Source: a virus
Length of the DNA stretch: 64,000 bases
Virus record (IMG/VR): IMGVR_UViG_3300040801_004562
Coordinates: 34,253-98,252 of that record
Strand: one strand, 5' to 3'
The translations under genes and the position numbers were made by a program. Each line of letters opens with the position of its first letter. The first letter of the stretch is position 1. The notes under the pieces are model-generated. The model did not search any database. It had not been told where the DNA came from and saw only the letters and a list, made by a program, of their open reading frames with translations. This document shows positions 38,983 to 48,103 of this stretch, piece after piece.

Positions 38983-39278
38983 TGAATGATAAACTGCTGA
39001 AAGAAGAACTGGAGAAGTGGAAGACGCTTTATACCGGGGCCGGAGTTGTAATCCGGTCCCTGGAAAGGCAGCTCGCTGATCTGTCGACGAAGCTGAGCGT
39101 TGCCGAATCCAACCTGAGCAATGCTCAGAATGCGGTTGCCATCAACAAGACGATCCTGCGACAGGTCACCGAAGAGCACAACCGCAAGGAGAAGGACCTG
39201 ATCGAATTTATGAACCGTCTCAAGGCAAAACTGAGGGAGATGGGATACGATGGCAGTTTCGATCGACTGGGGCAGTAG
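38982..39278 (+). CDS. coiled-coil protein
   Basis: Heptad pattern; TAATG coupling. Confidence 0.7.
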   Translation: MNDKLLKEELEKWKTLYTGAGVVIRSLERQLADLSTKLSVAESNLSNAQNAVAINKTILRQVTEEHNRKEKDLIEFMNRLKAKLREMGYDGSFDRLGQ

Positions 39279-40608
39279 GGTCATCTTTGTTCCGAAGGCT
39301 GACCTGACCCTGATCCAAGCCACCCCGACAGAGATCCGAGAGATGAATCTCGACTGGTTCCGTTTTCAGCTGAAGGGGCTGGAAGACGATCCGGAAGGGA
39401 TGCCCTTTCCCGATACCCACCGGCACAATACAGAGGCCACCGTTGCCGGTCTGACCCTTGCCCGAGTTATCGAGATCATCAACGATTACACGGTGACCTT
39501 TGAAGACGGTCAGTATGCTGTGAACCTCGTTGGGGCGAACAGCAACGTCGGTGATGTGGTCAACGTGAATCAGGTCTCGGTCCGGTCGTTCAACTCCGCA
39601 GGACTGATCTCCAACCCGGCCATCGAGTACGCCTCCTACAACGGCGGGGTGACGGTGGACAAGAACTCGGCGTACTCCGGAACGCTTTACCCGGTCGGGA
39701 CTCCACGACAGCCGGTGAACAACCTTGCCGACGCTTTGCTGATCGCCCAGTATCGGGGTTTCACGACGTTCTATATCATCGGCGACATGGTGATCGACAG
39801 TGCCGGAAATTATGGCGGCTTCATTTTCGTTGGGGAGTCGGAGTCGAAATCGATGCTTGAAATTGATTCTGACGCCTCCGTTTCGGAGTGTGAGTTTTAT
39901 GATGCCCACATAGAGGGCATTCTGGACGGCAACGCGAAACTGAAGAACTGTATCATTGAAGACCTGCAGTACATCTACGGAATGGTGGAGCAATGTTTGC
40001 TACAGGCAGGAACCATCGTGCTCGGCGGGTCCAACGTGGCCCATTTCATAGACTGCTGGAGCGGGTCAGCGGACAAAAATGTCATCCCCTACATCGATAT
40101 GGGAGGGGCTGGGCAAGATCTGATTTTGCGAAACTACAACGGGGCAATCGGCATCAAAAACCTGACCGGGGCCACCAACAAGGTGAGCATAGACCTGAAC
40201 TCGGGGGTGGTGGTTCTGGACCCAACGGTGACGGCGGGAGAGGTGGTGGTCAGGGGAGTGGGAACAGTGGTGAATAATTCCGTTGGCGCCACGGTCGACA
40301 CCCACGACCTGATCAACCCGTCTGTAATCACCACGAAGGTGTGGGATGAGCCGACCGCCGACCGGCAGACGCCAGGAACGATCGGAGGCGACTATTTCCA
40401 GATGCTGCAGGCCATGCCCAGGATGCTCGGGCTTGTCCAGGAGAATTACAAGCTCGACCAGACAGTCTATGATGCAAACGGCAACTTGACCAGCGGCAGG
40501 ATCCAGATCTTTACCGACGCCACGATGACCACGGTGATGGCGTCTTACCAGATAACTGCTGTATTTACGGCTGGGCGCCTAACCAGCTATCAGGTGGTGA
40601 AACAGTAG
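39250..40608 (+). CDS. virion spike-like protein
   Basis: GTPRQPVNNLADAL motif and beta-helix-like repeats. Confidence 0.65.
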   Translation: MAVSIDWGSRVIFVPKADLTLIQATPTEIREMNLDWFRFQLKGLEDDPEGMPFPDTHRHNTEATVAGLTLARVIEIINDYTVTFEDGQYAVNLVGANSNVGDVVNVNQVSVRSFNSAGLISNPAIEYASYNGGVTVDKNSAYSGTLYPVGTPRQPVNNLADALLIAQYRGFTTFYIIGDMVIDSAGNYGGFIFVGESESKSMLEIDSDASVSECEFYDAHIEGILDGNAKLKNCIIEDLQYIYGMVEQCLLQAGTIVLGGSNVAHFIDCWSGSADKNVIPYIDMGGAGQDLILRNYNGAIGIKNLTGATNKVSIDLNSGVVVLDPTVTAGEVVVRGVGTVVNNSVGATVDTHDLINPSVITTKVWDEPTADRQTPGTIGGDYFQMLQAMPRMLGLVQENYKLDQTVYDANGNLTSGRIQIFTDATMTTVMASYQITAVFTAGRLTSYQVVKQ

Positions 40609-40618
40609 AGGAGGCGGG

Positions 40619-41047
40619 ATGGCAAGGATAGTGTTGGTGTTGATGGTCACGACGTCGTTGGCAATGGCTGCCCTGGCGGCGGCCGAAGAGATTCACTATG
40701 CGAACAGAACCACGCTGCAATGGAAAATGACCTGGGCGGAAGGACAGACTCCTGCCCCGGAATCGGAGATGGCATACAAGGTTTACCGGACACTGGCAAC
40801 GGCTCCGGACAAGGAGAACCCGGAGTTCCTGGCCGAGATTCGCGGAAAGGACACCTTCCCTGTTGCGTTCGCGAAAGAGGGCAAGTATATCCTTGGGGTC
40901 CGGGCTGTCCGGTACAAACCAGGGAAAGAGGAGCCAATCGAATCCCCCATTGGGTGGTCTGACGTTCCCGAGAACACGTACGACAAGCCGTTTTCTGTTC
41001 AATTTGACCTCCCCCCTGAAGCACCGACCGAAGTAAAAGCTGAATGA
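40619..41047 (+). CDS. secreted FN3/Ig-like protein
   Basis: Signal peptide; LQW...YKVYR...YILGVRAV...ES. Confidence 0.7.
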   Translation: MARIVLVLMVTTSLAMAALAAAEEIHYANRTTLQWKMTWAEGQTPAPESEMAYKVYRTLATAPDKENPEFLAEIRGKDTFPVAFAKEGKYILGVRAVRYKPGKEEPIESPIGWSDVPENTYDKPFSVQFDLPPEAPTEVKAE

Positions 41048-41050
41048 TTG

Positions 41051-41182
41051 AAGTCTCCCGAGCCGAGACCGTTTGGACTGAACGGCAAGTAGGCGAATTC
41101 GTGGTAACTGACTTCTGACAGGTAAATTCGCAAGATCCTGCTCGGATCGAAGGAAAGTCAGATCTGCACGATAGGGAGACTT
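41051..41182 (+). ncRNA. candidate structured RNA (multi-stem with possible pseudoknot)
   Basis: AAGTCTCCC/GGGAGACTT closing stem; internal CCGTT/AACGG, GCGAATT/AATTCGC, GATCC/GGATC; loop CTGACTT complementary to AAGTCAG. Confidence 0.5.
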
Positions 41183-41199
41183 GCATGCAAGGAGGCTGA

Positions 41200-41445
41200 A
41201 TGTCCATATCACTTGCCACGAAGGGGGTCATCAGTTACGGGTCGAGTCCTGGGGATGTCATTTACGTGGACCGGTGGCACATCGAAACCCCGGTTGACGT
41301 TGATCTTGAAGAAATAGCTGTGTCTGTGGAAAGTGAGGAATTGCAAACGTTTGCAAATCTGACCGACCCGGAGGTGGTTATCGAGAGCACCGCAGATGAA
41401 GTCGCAATCGGGCCTTTAGAAGATTCCGTTACAGTGGAGGTATGA
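41200..41445 (+). CDS. small acidic protein (contains palindrome copy 8 at 41341-41356)
   Basis: SD AAGGAGG; MSISLATKGVI start. Confidence 0.65.
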   Translation: MSISLATKGVISYGSSPGDVIYVDRWHIETPVDVDLEEIAVSVESEELQTFANLTDPEVVIESTADEVAIGPLEDSVTVEV

Positions 41446-41446
41446 G

Positions 41447-41791
41447 ATGGCTGACACCATTATTGAATTGAAGAAGGGCGAGGGGAAGTGGATAAAATTC
41501 ACCGTAGTCCGGGGCGGGGCGGCTGTTGACCTCACCTCTGCCACCCTTGCCTTTGGGGTGAAAAAGAAGATCTCCGATGCCGCATACATCCACTACGTCA
41601 GCGATCTGGACTTCGATAAAGCCTCCGCTGCAGCTGGGATTGTCCGAGCGAACATCCCGTCCACCTTGACCGCCTCCTTGCCGGTTGGGGATTACGACGG
41701 AGAGCTGAAGATCATCCTGACAGCGGATACCGATGTGGACAAGAGCCACCGGGTGGTTTTGAAAATCCGCCCTGCCATCATCCACGACTGA
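41447..41791 (+). CDS. BppU N-terminal-like baseplate/fibre adaptor
   Basis: GAAVDLTSATL...GIVRANI...LPVGDYDGELKI. Confidence 0.7.
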   Translation: MADTIIELKKGEGKWIKFTVVRGGAAVDLTSATLAFGVKKKISDAAYIHYVSDLDFDKASAAAGIVRANIPSTLTASLPVGDYDGELKIILTADTDVDKSHRVVLKIRPAIIHD

Positions 41792-41798
41792 GGAAGCC

Positions 41799-42332
41799 AT
41801 GGATGCAACGCAATTCGATCTTTTGATTCAGGTTATCTCCCAGGCGACCTCGGTGCTTGGATGGGTGGTCGGCACTTTTTTGGCAGTTCTGATTACAGTG
41901 GTTGGCGGCTCTCTGGGGCTTGTCTCCAGAATGTGGGGGCAGAGACTTGATGCGATTAACGCCATTGCGGAGAGGGCTGTGACAGTAGCGGAGACGGCAA
42001 CGATGCAGTCGACGAGACTTTCAGAAGCTGCTCAGCAAGGGCTGCACCAAGCCGGTGTCCATTGCTCTGAACTCCGGTCCGCCTGTAGAGAACAAATCCT
42101 TGAGAAATACGTGGACAGAAAGGAAATAAAAGAGATGGAGCATGAGTTCAAGGGACTGGTCCAGTCTGTTTTATCCCGGCTTGAGGGAGGGGTCAGGGAG
42201 AACCGGGACCTGATCCTGAAAAAACTCGACGACTTCACCAAGAGGCAGGATTCCCGGCTGGGAGAGTTTCTCGAAACGGTCCACAAACACGAGCACACGG
42301 AGGACGGGAAGAGTGTGGTGGTCAAGAGATGA
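41799..42332 (+). CDS. membrane-anchored coiled-coil protein (holin/antiholin-like)
   Basis: One N-terminal TM helix followed by coiled coil. Confidence 0.55.
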   Translation: MDATQFDLLIQVISQATSVLGWVVGTFLAVLITVVGGSLGLVSRMWGQRLDAINAIAERAVTVAETATMQSTRLSEAAQQGLHQAGVHCSELRSACREQILEKYVDRKEIKEMEHEFKGLVQSVLSRLEGGVRENRDLILKKLDDFTKRQDSRLGEFLETVHKHEHTEDGKSVVVKR

Positions 42333-43255
42333 GGGTTTTGCTTCTCGGGACAAACCAGGAGAGCCGGTACAATTCCGGGCATCAACTTTTCAAGAACGAG
42401 GTTGCCAGGCAGACGAATGCCCGATTTTACGGTCCGGGGCATAAGTTCTGGGATCCGAGCAGGGCTCACATCAACCAAATCCTGCGGGTGTTGGAGTTTC
42501 AGCCGGATGTCGTCCTGACGTACATGGGGAAATACTGCAAGTGGGTCGTGGGGCTGGATGAGATCAAACTCCCCAAGGCCCATATCGTTGTTGATTATTT
42601 CCCGTGGAACTTCAAAGATGAGGACAGCTTTATCACCGCGTCCAAGCCTGATGTCGTTTTCCCGGTTGTCCTGCATGAATTGAGGGAGCTGGAGCGACGG
42701 CACCCAGACCTGAGAGTGAAGCACCTCCCATTTTCTGTTGATGCAAACTTCTTCCGCTGCACCGGAAGGGAGAGGAAATATGATCTGATGGCTGTGATGA
42801 GCGCTATAAGCTGGTGTTACCCGACCAGAGGGAGCATCATCACGGAGGCCAAGAGCCTGAACCTCCCAGGAATATATCGGGCGAGCTGGCCAGCGAACAG
42901 ACTCATGCCTGATGATTACGTCAAAAGTCTCTGCAACTCAAAGATAGTCCTGAACGGAGTGGACAGTTACCGCTCCCTCAACTGGAAGTTTATGGAAGCC
43001 CCTGCCTGCGGCGCCCTCCTGATGACGGAAGCCGCTGAGGACATGAAGGCTCTGCGTTTTGTCGATGGGGAGAACTGCGTGGTTTTCAAGGGAATCCCGG
43101 ACATGGTAGAGAAAATCCGTTTCTACCTGAAAGATGCAGAAAGTCGATGCCGAATAGCCGCTGCCGGAATGGATCTGATCAACAGATTTCACACTACCGA
43201 GATACGTGTCCGCGAGATGCTCGCGAGATTCACGACGATCTTTGGGGTCGTGTGA
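42329..43255 (+). CDS. glycosyltransferase, CgeB-like GT-B
   Basis: HLPFSVD...SKIVLN...KFMEAPACGALLMT...HTTEIR. Confidence 0.85.
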   Translation: MRVLLLGTNQESRYNSGHQLFKNEVARQTNARFYGPGHKFWDPSRAHINQILRVLEFQPDVVLTYMGKYCKWVVGLDEIKLPKAHIVVDYFPWNFKDEDSFITASKPDVVFPVVLHELRELERRHPDLRVKHLPFSVDANFFRCTGRERKYDLMAVMSAISWCYPTRGSIITEAKSLNLPGIYRASWPANRLMPDDYVKSLCNSKIVLNGVDSYRSLNWKFMEAPACGALLMTEAAEDMKALRFVDGENCVVFKGIPDMVEKIRFYLKDAESRCRIAAAGMDLINRFHTTEIRVREMLARFTTIFGVV

Positions 43256-44185
43256 ATGATTGATGTCCTGTTTGTCGCTATCGACGACTGGGCGAATGTC
43301 GGGGCTCTGTGCGCCAAGGCTTGCCGTTCTGTTGGACTGAAGTCCAAGGCGGTGGCCCGGCGAATACACGAGTTTCATTACCCGACAAAGCCTGAGCTGT
43401 GGAGGTCGGTCGAGGACCTGCAGGCCCTGTGCGATCAGTCCAGAGCGATCGTGTTCATGCACTCCACCTTTATATCCGCCGTGAGGCTGAACCGGGAAAC
43501 GCAGAGGGTTGCTGTTTTCCACGGGGGGAGCGCATACCGGAGACGGCCCTGGAAAATTGCCCAGGCCCTGTTTGATAAGGTTGATCTGTCCTTTGTCCAG
43601 GACGGGACGCTTTTTGGGTTCGGCGGAAAGAATGAAACCCTGCTAATCCCCCCGGTTGACGATGAGTATTTCGTCCCGAGATACAGCCCTTTGCACACAC
43701 TTGCAAATCGGATCGTTGTTGGGAACTACCCCAGAGCCACCGGACACGGTTATGTAATGAAGGGCGCGAGGGTGGTGGTGAACGCTGTTCGGCCTCATGT
43801 TCTCAACGGATCTTGTATTTTTAAGCAGTCGACGACCGTCGTTCCTTGGATCCAGCAGCTCAGTAGGGTAAATGAGGTGGACGTTTACGTTGAAAAGATG
43901 GGACTTGAGGTCCGGGAGTGGGGGCTGGCAGCGCTGGAGGCCGCAGCTCTCGGGAAGGTGGTGGTGACGAACTGCGAACATCCGGAAGAATATGAGAAGG
44001 TTTATGGCAAGACCCCCTTCATAATTGCCAATTCACCAGATGAGCTGAGGGAGCGCGTTGGGGAGATTGTGGCCTTGCCTCCTGCTAAGATTCGAAAACT
44101 TCAAGAGGAGACCAGAACTTGGGTGATCAGGAATCACGGGATGGAGGCGACCGGGTACTATTTGGAGCAGGCCCTCCGCCATTAG
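43256..44185 (+). CDS. glycosyltransferase, GT-B
   Basis: MKG...WGLAALEAAALGKVVVT. Confidence 0.8.
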   Translation: MIDVLFVAIDDWANVGALCAKACRSVGLKSKAVARRIHEFHYPTKPELWRSVEDLQALCDQSRAIVFMHSTFISAVRLNRETQRVAVFHGGSAYRRRPWKIAQALFDKVDLSFVQDGTLFGFGGKNETLLIPPVDDEYFVPRYSPLHTLANRIVVGNYPRATGHGYVMKGARVVVNAVRPHVLNGSCIFKQSTTVVPWIQQLSRVNEVDVYVEKMGLEVREWGLAALEAAALGKVVVTNCEHPEEYEKVYGKTPFIIANSPDELRERVGEIVALPPAKIRKLQEETRTWVIRNHGMEATGYYLEQALRH

Positions 44186-44889
44186 GGCAGTTTACCTACA
44201 TCGAGTATCAAAGGATGCTGTTCGAGCTGGCCAAAGCCGGGTACAAAATGATCGGCTACCACGAGAATGCCGATCCCCCGTATGCGATGATTCGCCATGA
44301 TATAGATTTATCCCCGCCCCTGGCGCTGCCCCTTGCCGTTGTGGAAAACGCGCTTTCAATCAAAACCACCTACTGCTTTATGGTCCGGTCGAGCGCCTAC
44401 AACCTATTTTCGAAGGGGAGCGCGGCTGTCGTTCAGAAGCTCTTGGACCTCGGACATTTGGTCGGTCTTCATTTTGACTGTGACTCCTACCCCTCCGTAA
44501 GAACCCCAGCCGAGATAGCCGCTGCAGTCCGGGTGGAGGTTGGGATGCTGGAGAAGTGGTTTGGGCTTGACGTATCAATGGTCAGCTTCCACAAACCGAA
44601 TCAGTTGATTCTGGGCGGATCTCAGGAGCTGACTGATCCCCTGCCTCACGCTTACATGGGGAAGTTTCTTCGCGGTTCGGCGTACTTTTCTGATTCCTAC
44701 GGATTTTGGCGCTTCGGTCACCCGTTACGGTCGAACGCCTTTAAAGATCGAAAGCCGCTGTCTTTATGTTGCCATCCTGTCTGGTGGGGTCCTGAGCCGA
44801 CGTCTCCCTTGCTCGCAATGAGAGAGGTGGCCCTCCAGAAGAAGGAAGATATCCGTCAATACATGTTGACCAATATAGTGGGGGTGTGA
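44119..44889 (+). CDS. polysaccharide deacetylase-like (WbmS-like); start uncertain
   Basis: RHDID, GHLVGLHFD, SFHKP, HPVWW motifs. Confidence 0.75.
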   Translation: MGDQESRDGGDRVLFGAGPPPLGQFTYIEYQRMLFELAKAGYKMIGYHENADPPYAMIRHDIDLSPPLALPLAVVENALSIKTTYCFMVRSSAYNLFSKGSAAVVQKLLDLGHLVGLHFDCDSYPSVRTPAEIAAAVRVEVGMLEKWFGLDVSMVSFHKPNQLILGGSQELTDPLPHAYMGKFLRGSAYFSDSYGFWRFGHPLRSNAFKDRKPLSLCCHPVWWGPEPTSPLLAMREVALQKKEDIRQYMLTNIVGV

Positions 44890-45626
44890 TGAGAGAAGAA
44901 GTGGATCTTGTCCTGGCGGTCACTGAAGACGCCAAGCCGACCAGTGCGATTGATTGCCCAAAACCAGGGACCGTGACTTTTTGGCGCGGGAAGCTACCAT
45001 GCCCACGGCTCGGGTCAATGCGCTTGTGGGTTCTCACCTCATGCAAACAGTGTGAGGTAGCGTGGCCTGACCGAGTTCGCGCCATTTTTACCGAAACTCC
45101 GGAGTGGACGTTCTGGTGTTACCATAATTGGTACTGGGCGGGGAGATCGTTGCCAACGAGATCGGAGTGTGGGCTTGCCTGCAATATCCACCAATCTGCG
45201 GTTATCGGGGCCTCGGGGCTCAAGATTGTCAGGGGGCCGGAGAACCAGTTGCTGAAGGCGTTCCACTCAGGTCAGGTTGTGATCGGGGATCGAGTTGAAA
45301 TTGGGCCGAACAGCGTTGTTCACCGTGCGGTCCTGTCCGCCACGATTATTGGAAATGACGTGACTATCGGCTCCCTCTGCAATATCGGACACAACGTTCA
45401 GATCGGGGAGCGCTCGATCCTGACGGTTGGGGTATCCCTGAGTGGGTCGTCCAGCATCGGTGCTGACTGTTTTATCGGATCCGGTGTCACCGTTCTTGAG
45501 GGGGTCAGAGTTTGCGGAAAGGTTAAGATCGGGGCCGGGTCCGTTGTAACTCGGGACATTACCCATCCGGGGATCTACTTCGGGTCCCCTGCAAAATTCA
45601 AAGGAGACTGGGACGGGAGGTGGTGA
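44886..45626 (+). CDS. hexapeptide-repeat acyltransferase (LpxD-like C-terminus)
   Basis: GQVVIGDRVEIG...IGHNVQIG...GSPAK. Confidence 0.8.
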   Translation: MMREEVDLVLAVTEDAKPTSAIDCPKPGTVTFWRGKLPCPRLGSMRLWVLTSCKQCEVAWPDRVRAIFTETPEWTFWCYHNWYWAGRSLPTRSECGLACNIHQSAVIGASGLKIVRGPENQLLKAFHSGQVVIGDRVEIGPNSVVHRAVLSATIIGNDVTIGSLCNIGHNVQIGERSILTVGVSLSGSSSIGADCFIGSGVTVLEGVRVCGKVKIGAGSVVTRDITHPGIYFGSPAKFKGDWDGRW

Positions 45627-46081
45627 TGGCAAACACGCGGCAGAACCTGAAAATCGGATCGTGGGCGGTCATCGAACAGGGCTGCGAGATAGGCGATAAT
45701 GTCACGATTGGAAATTACGCCTACATCAAAAAAGGGACCCGAATTGGGGATAACACCGTGATCGGAAGTTATGTTCGCACCGGGGCGGACTGTTCGATCG
45801 GGAAGAATTGCGTGATCAAATGCAGGGCCACAATATCACCGGACTGCGTGATTGGAGATGGCGCTTTTCTCGGACCGCATGCCATGATGCTGCATCAATA
45901 CCCGAATGGGGAGCATAGGCCGTCCAGCATTGAAAAAAACGCGTGGATAGGGGCCTGTGCGCTGATCGGTCCAGGGGTGATCATTGGGGAGGGCGTGACG
46001 TTGGGAGCAATGTCGTATGCCCATACCTGCTGCATGGAGCCGGGGCTTTACATCGGGACCCCAGCCAGGAAGGTGAGGTAG
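45626..46081 (+). CDS. hexapeptide-repeat acetyltransferase
   Basis: Left-handed beta-helix repeats; GTPAR. Confidence 0.8.
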   Translation: MANTRQNLKIGSWAVIEQGCEIGDNVTIGNYAYIKKGTRIGDNTVIGSYVRTGADCSIGKNCVIKCRATISPDCVIGDGAFLGPHAMMLHQYPNGEHRPSSIEKNAWIGACALIGPGVIIGEGVTLGAMSYAHTCCMEPGLYIGTPARKVR

Positions 46082-46083
46082 CC

Positions 46084-46509
46084 ATGCCGGTCAACGCCGA
46101 GGTTGGGGAGGGGACGAAGATCTGGCACCCGGAGCTGGTCAATATTTACGGCTGCCTGATCGGGCGCGATTGCAATATTGGGTGCTTTGTAGAAATCGGT
46201 CCAGAAGTCGTGGTCGGGAACCGATGTAAAATACAGACGAAGGCGTACCTGCCGAAGGGGATACGTTTGGAGGATGACGTCTTTATCGGACCGGGGGTGA
46301 CGTTCCTGAATGATAAGCATCCCCCCTCCAATGGAGAGTGGGGGGAATGCACGACCATCGTCAAAGAGGGTGCTTCCATTGGGGGTGGGGCCTTGATCCT
46401 GCCCGGTGTCACCATCGGGCGCAGAGCCGTGATCGGGGCTGGTGCCGTGGTGACGAAAAATGTTGGGGATGGGGAAACAGTAGTCGGTGTCCCTGCCCGC
46501 TGCCTGTGA
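46084..46509 (+). CDS. sugar N-acetyltransferase (WbpD/WxcM-like)
   Basis: IWH..NIYGC.IG.DCNIG.FVEI...FLNDKHP...GVPAR. Confidence 0.82.
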   Translation: MPVNAEVGEGTKIWHPELVNIYGCLIGRDCNIGCFVEIGPEVVVGNRCKIQTKAYLPKGIRLEDDVFIGPGVTFLNDKHPPSNGEWGECTTIVKEGASIGGGALILPGVTIGRRAVIGAGAVVTKNVGDGETVVGVPARCL

Positions 46510-46524
46510 TCTTTCGGAGATAAG

Positions 46525-47244
46525 ATGAGCCTGAACTTTGGATTGATCGGAGACGGCAGGATTGCCACCCGGCACCGTAAAGCGATCGACGCCATCGGCT
46601 GCAAGCTGAAGAGGGTTTACGACCCCGGAAAAGACAGTTCCTGCAGAATTCTTGACCACGAGTTTTTCGACGGCCTCGACTGGGTTGCGATTGCTTCCCC
46701 CACCAACTGCCATTATGGCCACATCAAAGCGGCGCTGCAGTACGGGATGAAGGTTATCTGTGAGAAGCCTTATGTCCTGCCGTGGGAGCCTGTGATTGAT
46801 TCGGATGCCGTCTTCGTTGTGATGCAACTCCGTTGGCTTGACGGCCTCCCGGAGACCGCCAAACGGATCCGGATCATCGCTTCCCGAAATGAGGCGTATT
46901 TCAAGTCCTGGAAGGGAGACCCGCTGCTGACCGGGGGACTATTCTTTGACGTCTTCATTCATTACGTCGACTTGGCAAGGCGGTATGGCTGCGAGCTTGA
47001 GGCCCACGTCCAGTCTGAGGGAGAGCAGGGTCGGTGGATTGATGAATACAACCTCCTGAATGTCGATATGGATCAAGCCTATCGCTCAATGTACGAGGAT
47101 ATCGTTTACCGTGGGGTTGGAGTCCGGCCCCAGGATGTGGCCCGGCTGCATTGGATGCTGGGGAGGTACACGGAGCGGTTTGGCTTTGGGCGCGAAATAA
47201 TCGGGAAACAGATACTGGTGAGGCCAAATGGAGTGGTTCGCTGA
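46525..47244 (+). CDS. Gfo/Idh/MocA oxidoreductase (WbpB-like nucleotide-sugar 3-dehydrogenase)
   Basis: LIGDGRIA.RH, IASP..H, ICEKP, SWKGD...GG...HYVD. Confidence 0.8.
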   Translation: MSLNFGLIGDGRIATRHRKAIDAIGCKLKRVYDPGKDSSCRILDHEFFDGLDWVAIASPTNCHYGHIKAALQYGMKVICEKPYVLPWEPVIDSDAVFVVMQLRWLDGLPETAKRIRIIASRNEAYFKSWKGDPLLTGGLFFDVFIHYVDLARRYGCELEAHVQSEGEQGRWIDEYNLLNVDMDQAYRSMYEDIVYRGVGVRPQDVARLHWMLGRYTERFGFGREIIGKQILVRPNGVVR

Positions 47245-47632
47245 TTATTTGAAGAGGTTCGAGGCAGCCATTGCCGAGGGCGTGCGAAATGGGAGTTTCG
47301 GCTCATTCAAAATGGTCCCCGTCCTTCCGGGAAAATTGAGCACCCGTCGGATCGGGAAGACGCTCGGGCTGGTGATCGATACAGACGATCTCCTTGTGAT
47401 CGACTTTTACGGGTATCTCAAGAAGAGCCGTGGTTTCGCCGATCTCGCCAAGGAAGTTGCCTTCTCAATGTCCGGGAAGCAGGTGAAAATGGTGGAGGCC
47501 CCTGTCGTCCATTTTAACAGTGTTCGGCTTGAGGTAATTGCCAGAATAGACGGAGACCTCGTTCCAGACTTCGGGAGGTTCAAGAAGGCTGTGCTGGACG
47601 CCAGGGAATTTCAGCACAATTACAGCGCATAG
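47228..47632 (+). CDS. hypothetical protein
   Basis: ORF packing. Confidence 0.6.
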   Translation: MEWFADYLKRFEAAIAEGVRNGSFGSFKMVPVLPGKLSTRRIGKTLGLVIDTDDLLVIDFYGYLKKSRGFADLAKEVAFSMSGKQVKMVEAPVVHFNSVRLEVIARIDGDLVPDFGRFKKAVLDAREFQHNYSA

Positions 47633-47636
47633 GTGG

Positions 47637-47909
47637 GTGATGAAAAACGGAATTCGTACTACAGAATTTTGGTTGGTTGCCGGGGTGATGCTTTTCGCCC
47701 TGCTGGTTGCTTTCGGCGGGCTGACCCCGGAGAAGGTTCAGATCACGACGGTGAAGCTCCGGGAGACCACCGCCGCCCTGCCTGAACTGATCAATGCACT
47801 GCAGACGCTCGCAGAAAATCTGGGCCCCCTCCTGATCGCTGCCGGGTCGGTGTGGGCGTATCTCAAGAGGAGAACTGAACTGAAACAAGAGAAGGAGGTG
47901 ATCAAATGA
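47637..47909 (+). CDS. holin-like two-TM protein
   Basis: GIRTTEFW followed by a TM helix; second TM; basic C-terminus. Confidence 0.6.
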   Translation: MMKNGIRTTEFWLVAGVMLFALLVAFGGLTPEKVQITTVKLRETTAALPELINALQTLAENLGPLLIAAGSVWAYLKRRTELKQEKEVIK

Positions 47910-48103
47910 ACGAGCCTGAATTTCCGATTCCTGGGCCGATTCCACCGCCGTACATACCGCCGTATGTACCGCCAACGGATTCGAGGGTGAAGATTGCCCT
48001 CATGCTGTTGAAAACTGCAGTGGAGCTGTTGGATGATGCCGCCAACCAGCCTGTACCGTACTATACGACAGATAACGCGGCGCAAGAGCGAAAGGACGAA
48101 TGA
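47906..48103 (+). CDS. small Pro-rich hypothetical protein
   Basis: SD AAGGAGGT; ATGA overlap. Confidence 0.6.
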   Translation: MNEPEFPIPGPIPPPYIPPYVPPTDSRVKIALMLLKTAVELLDDAANQPVPYYTTDNAAQERKDE

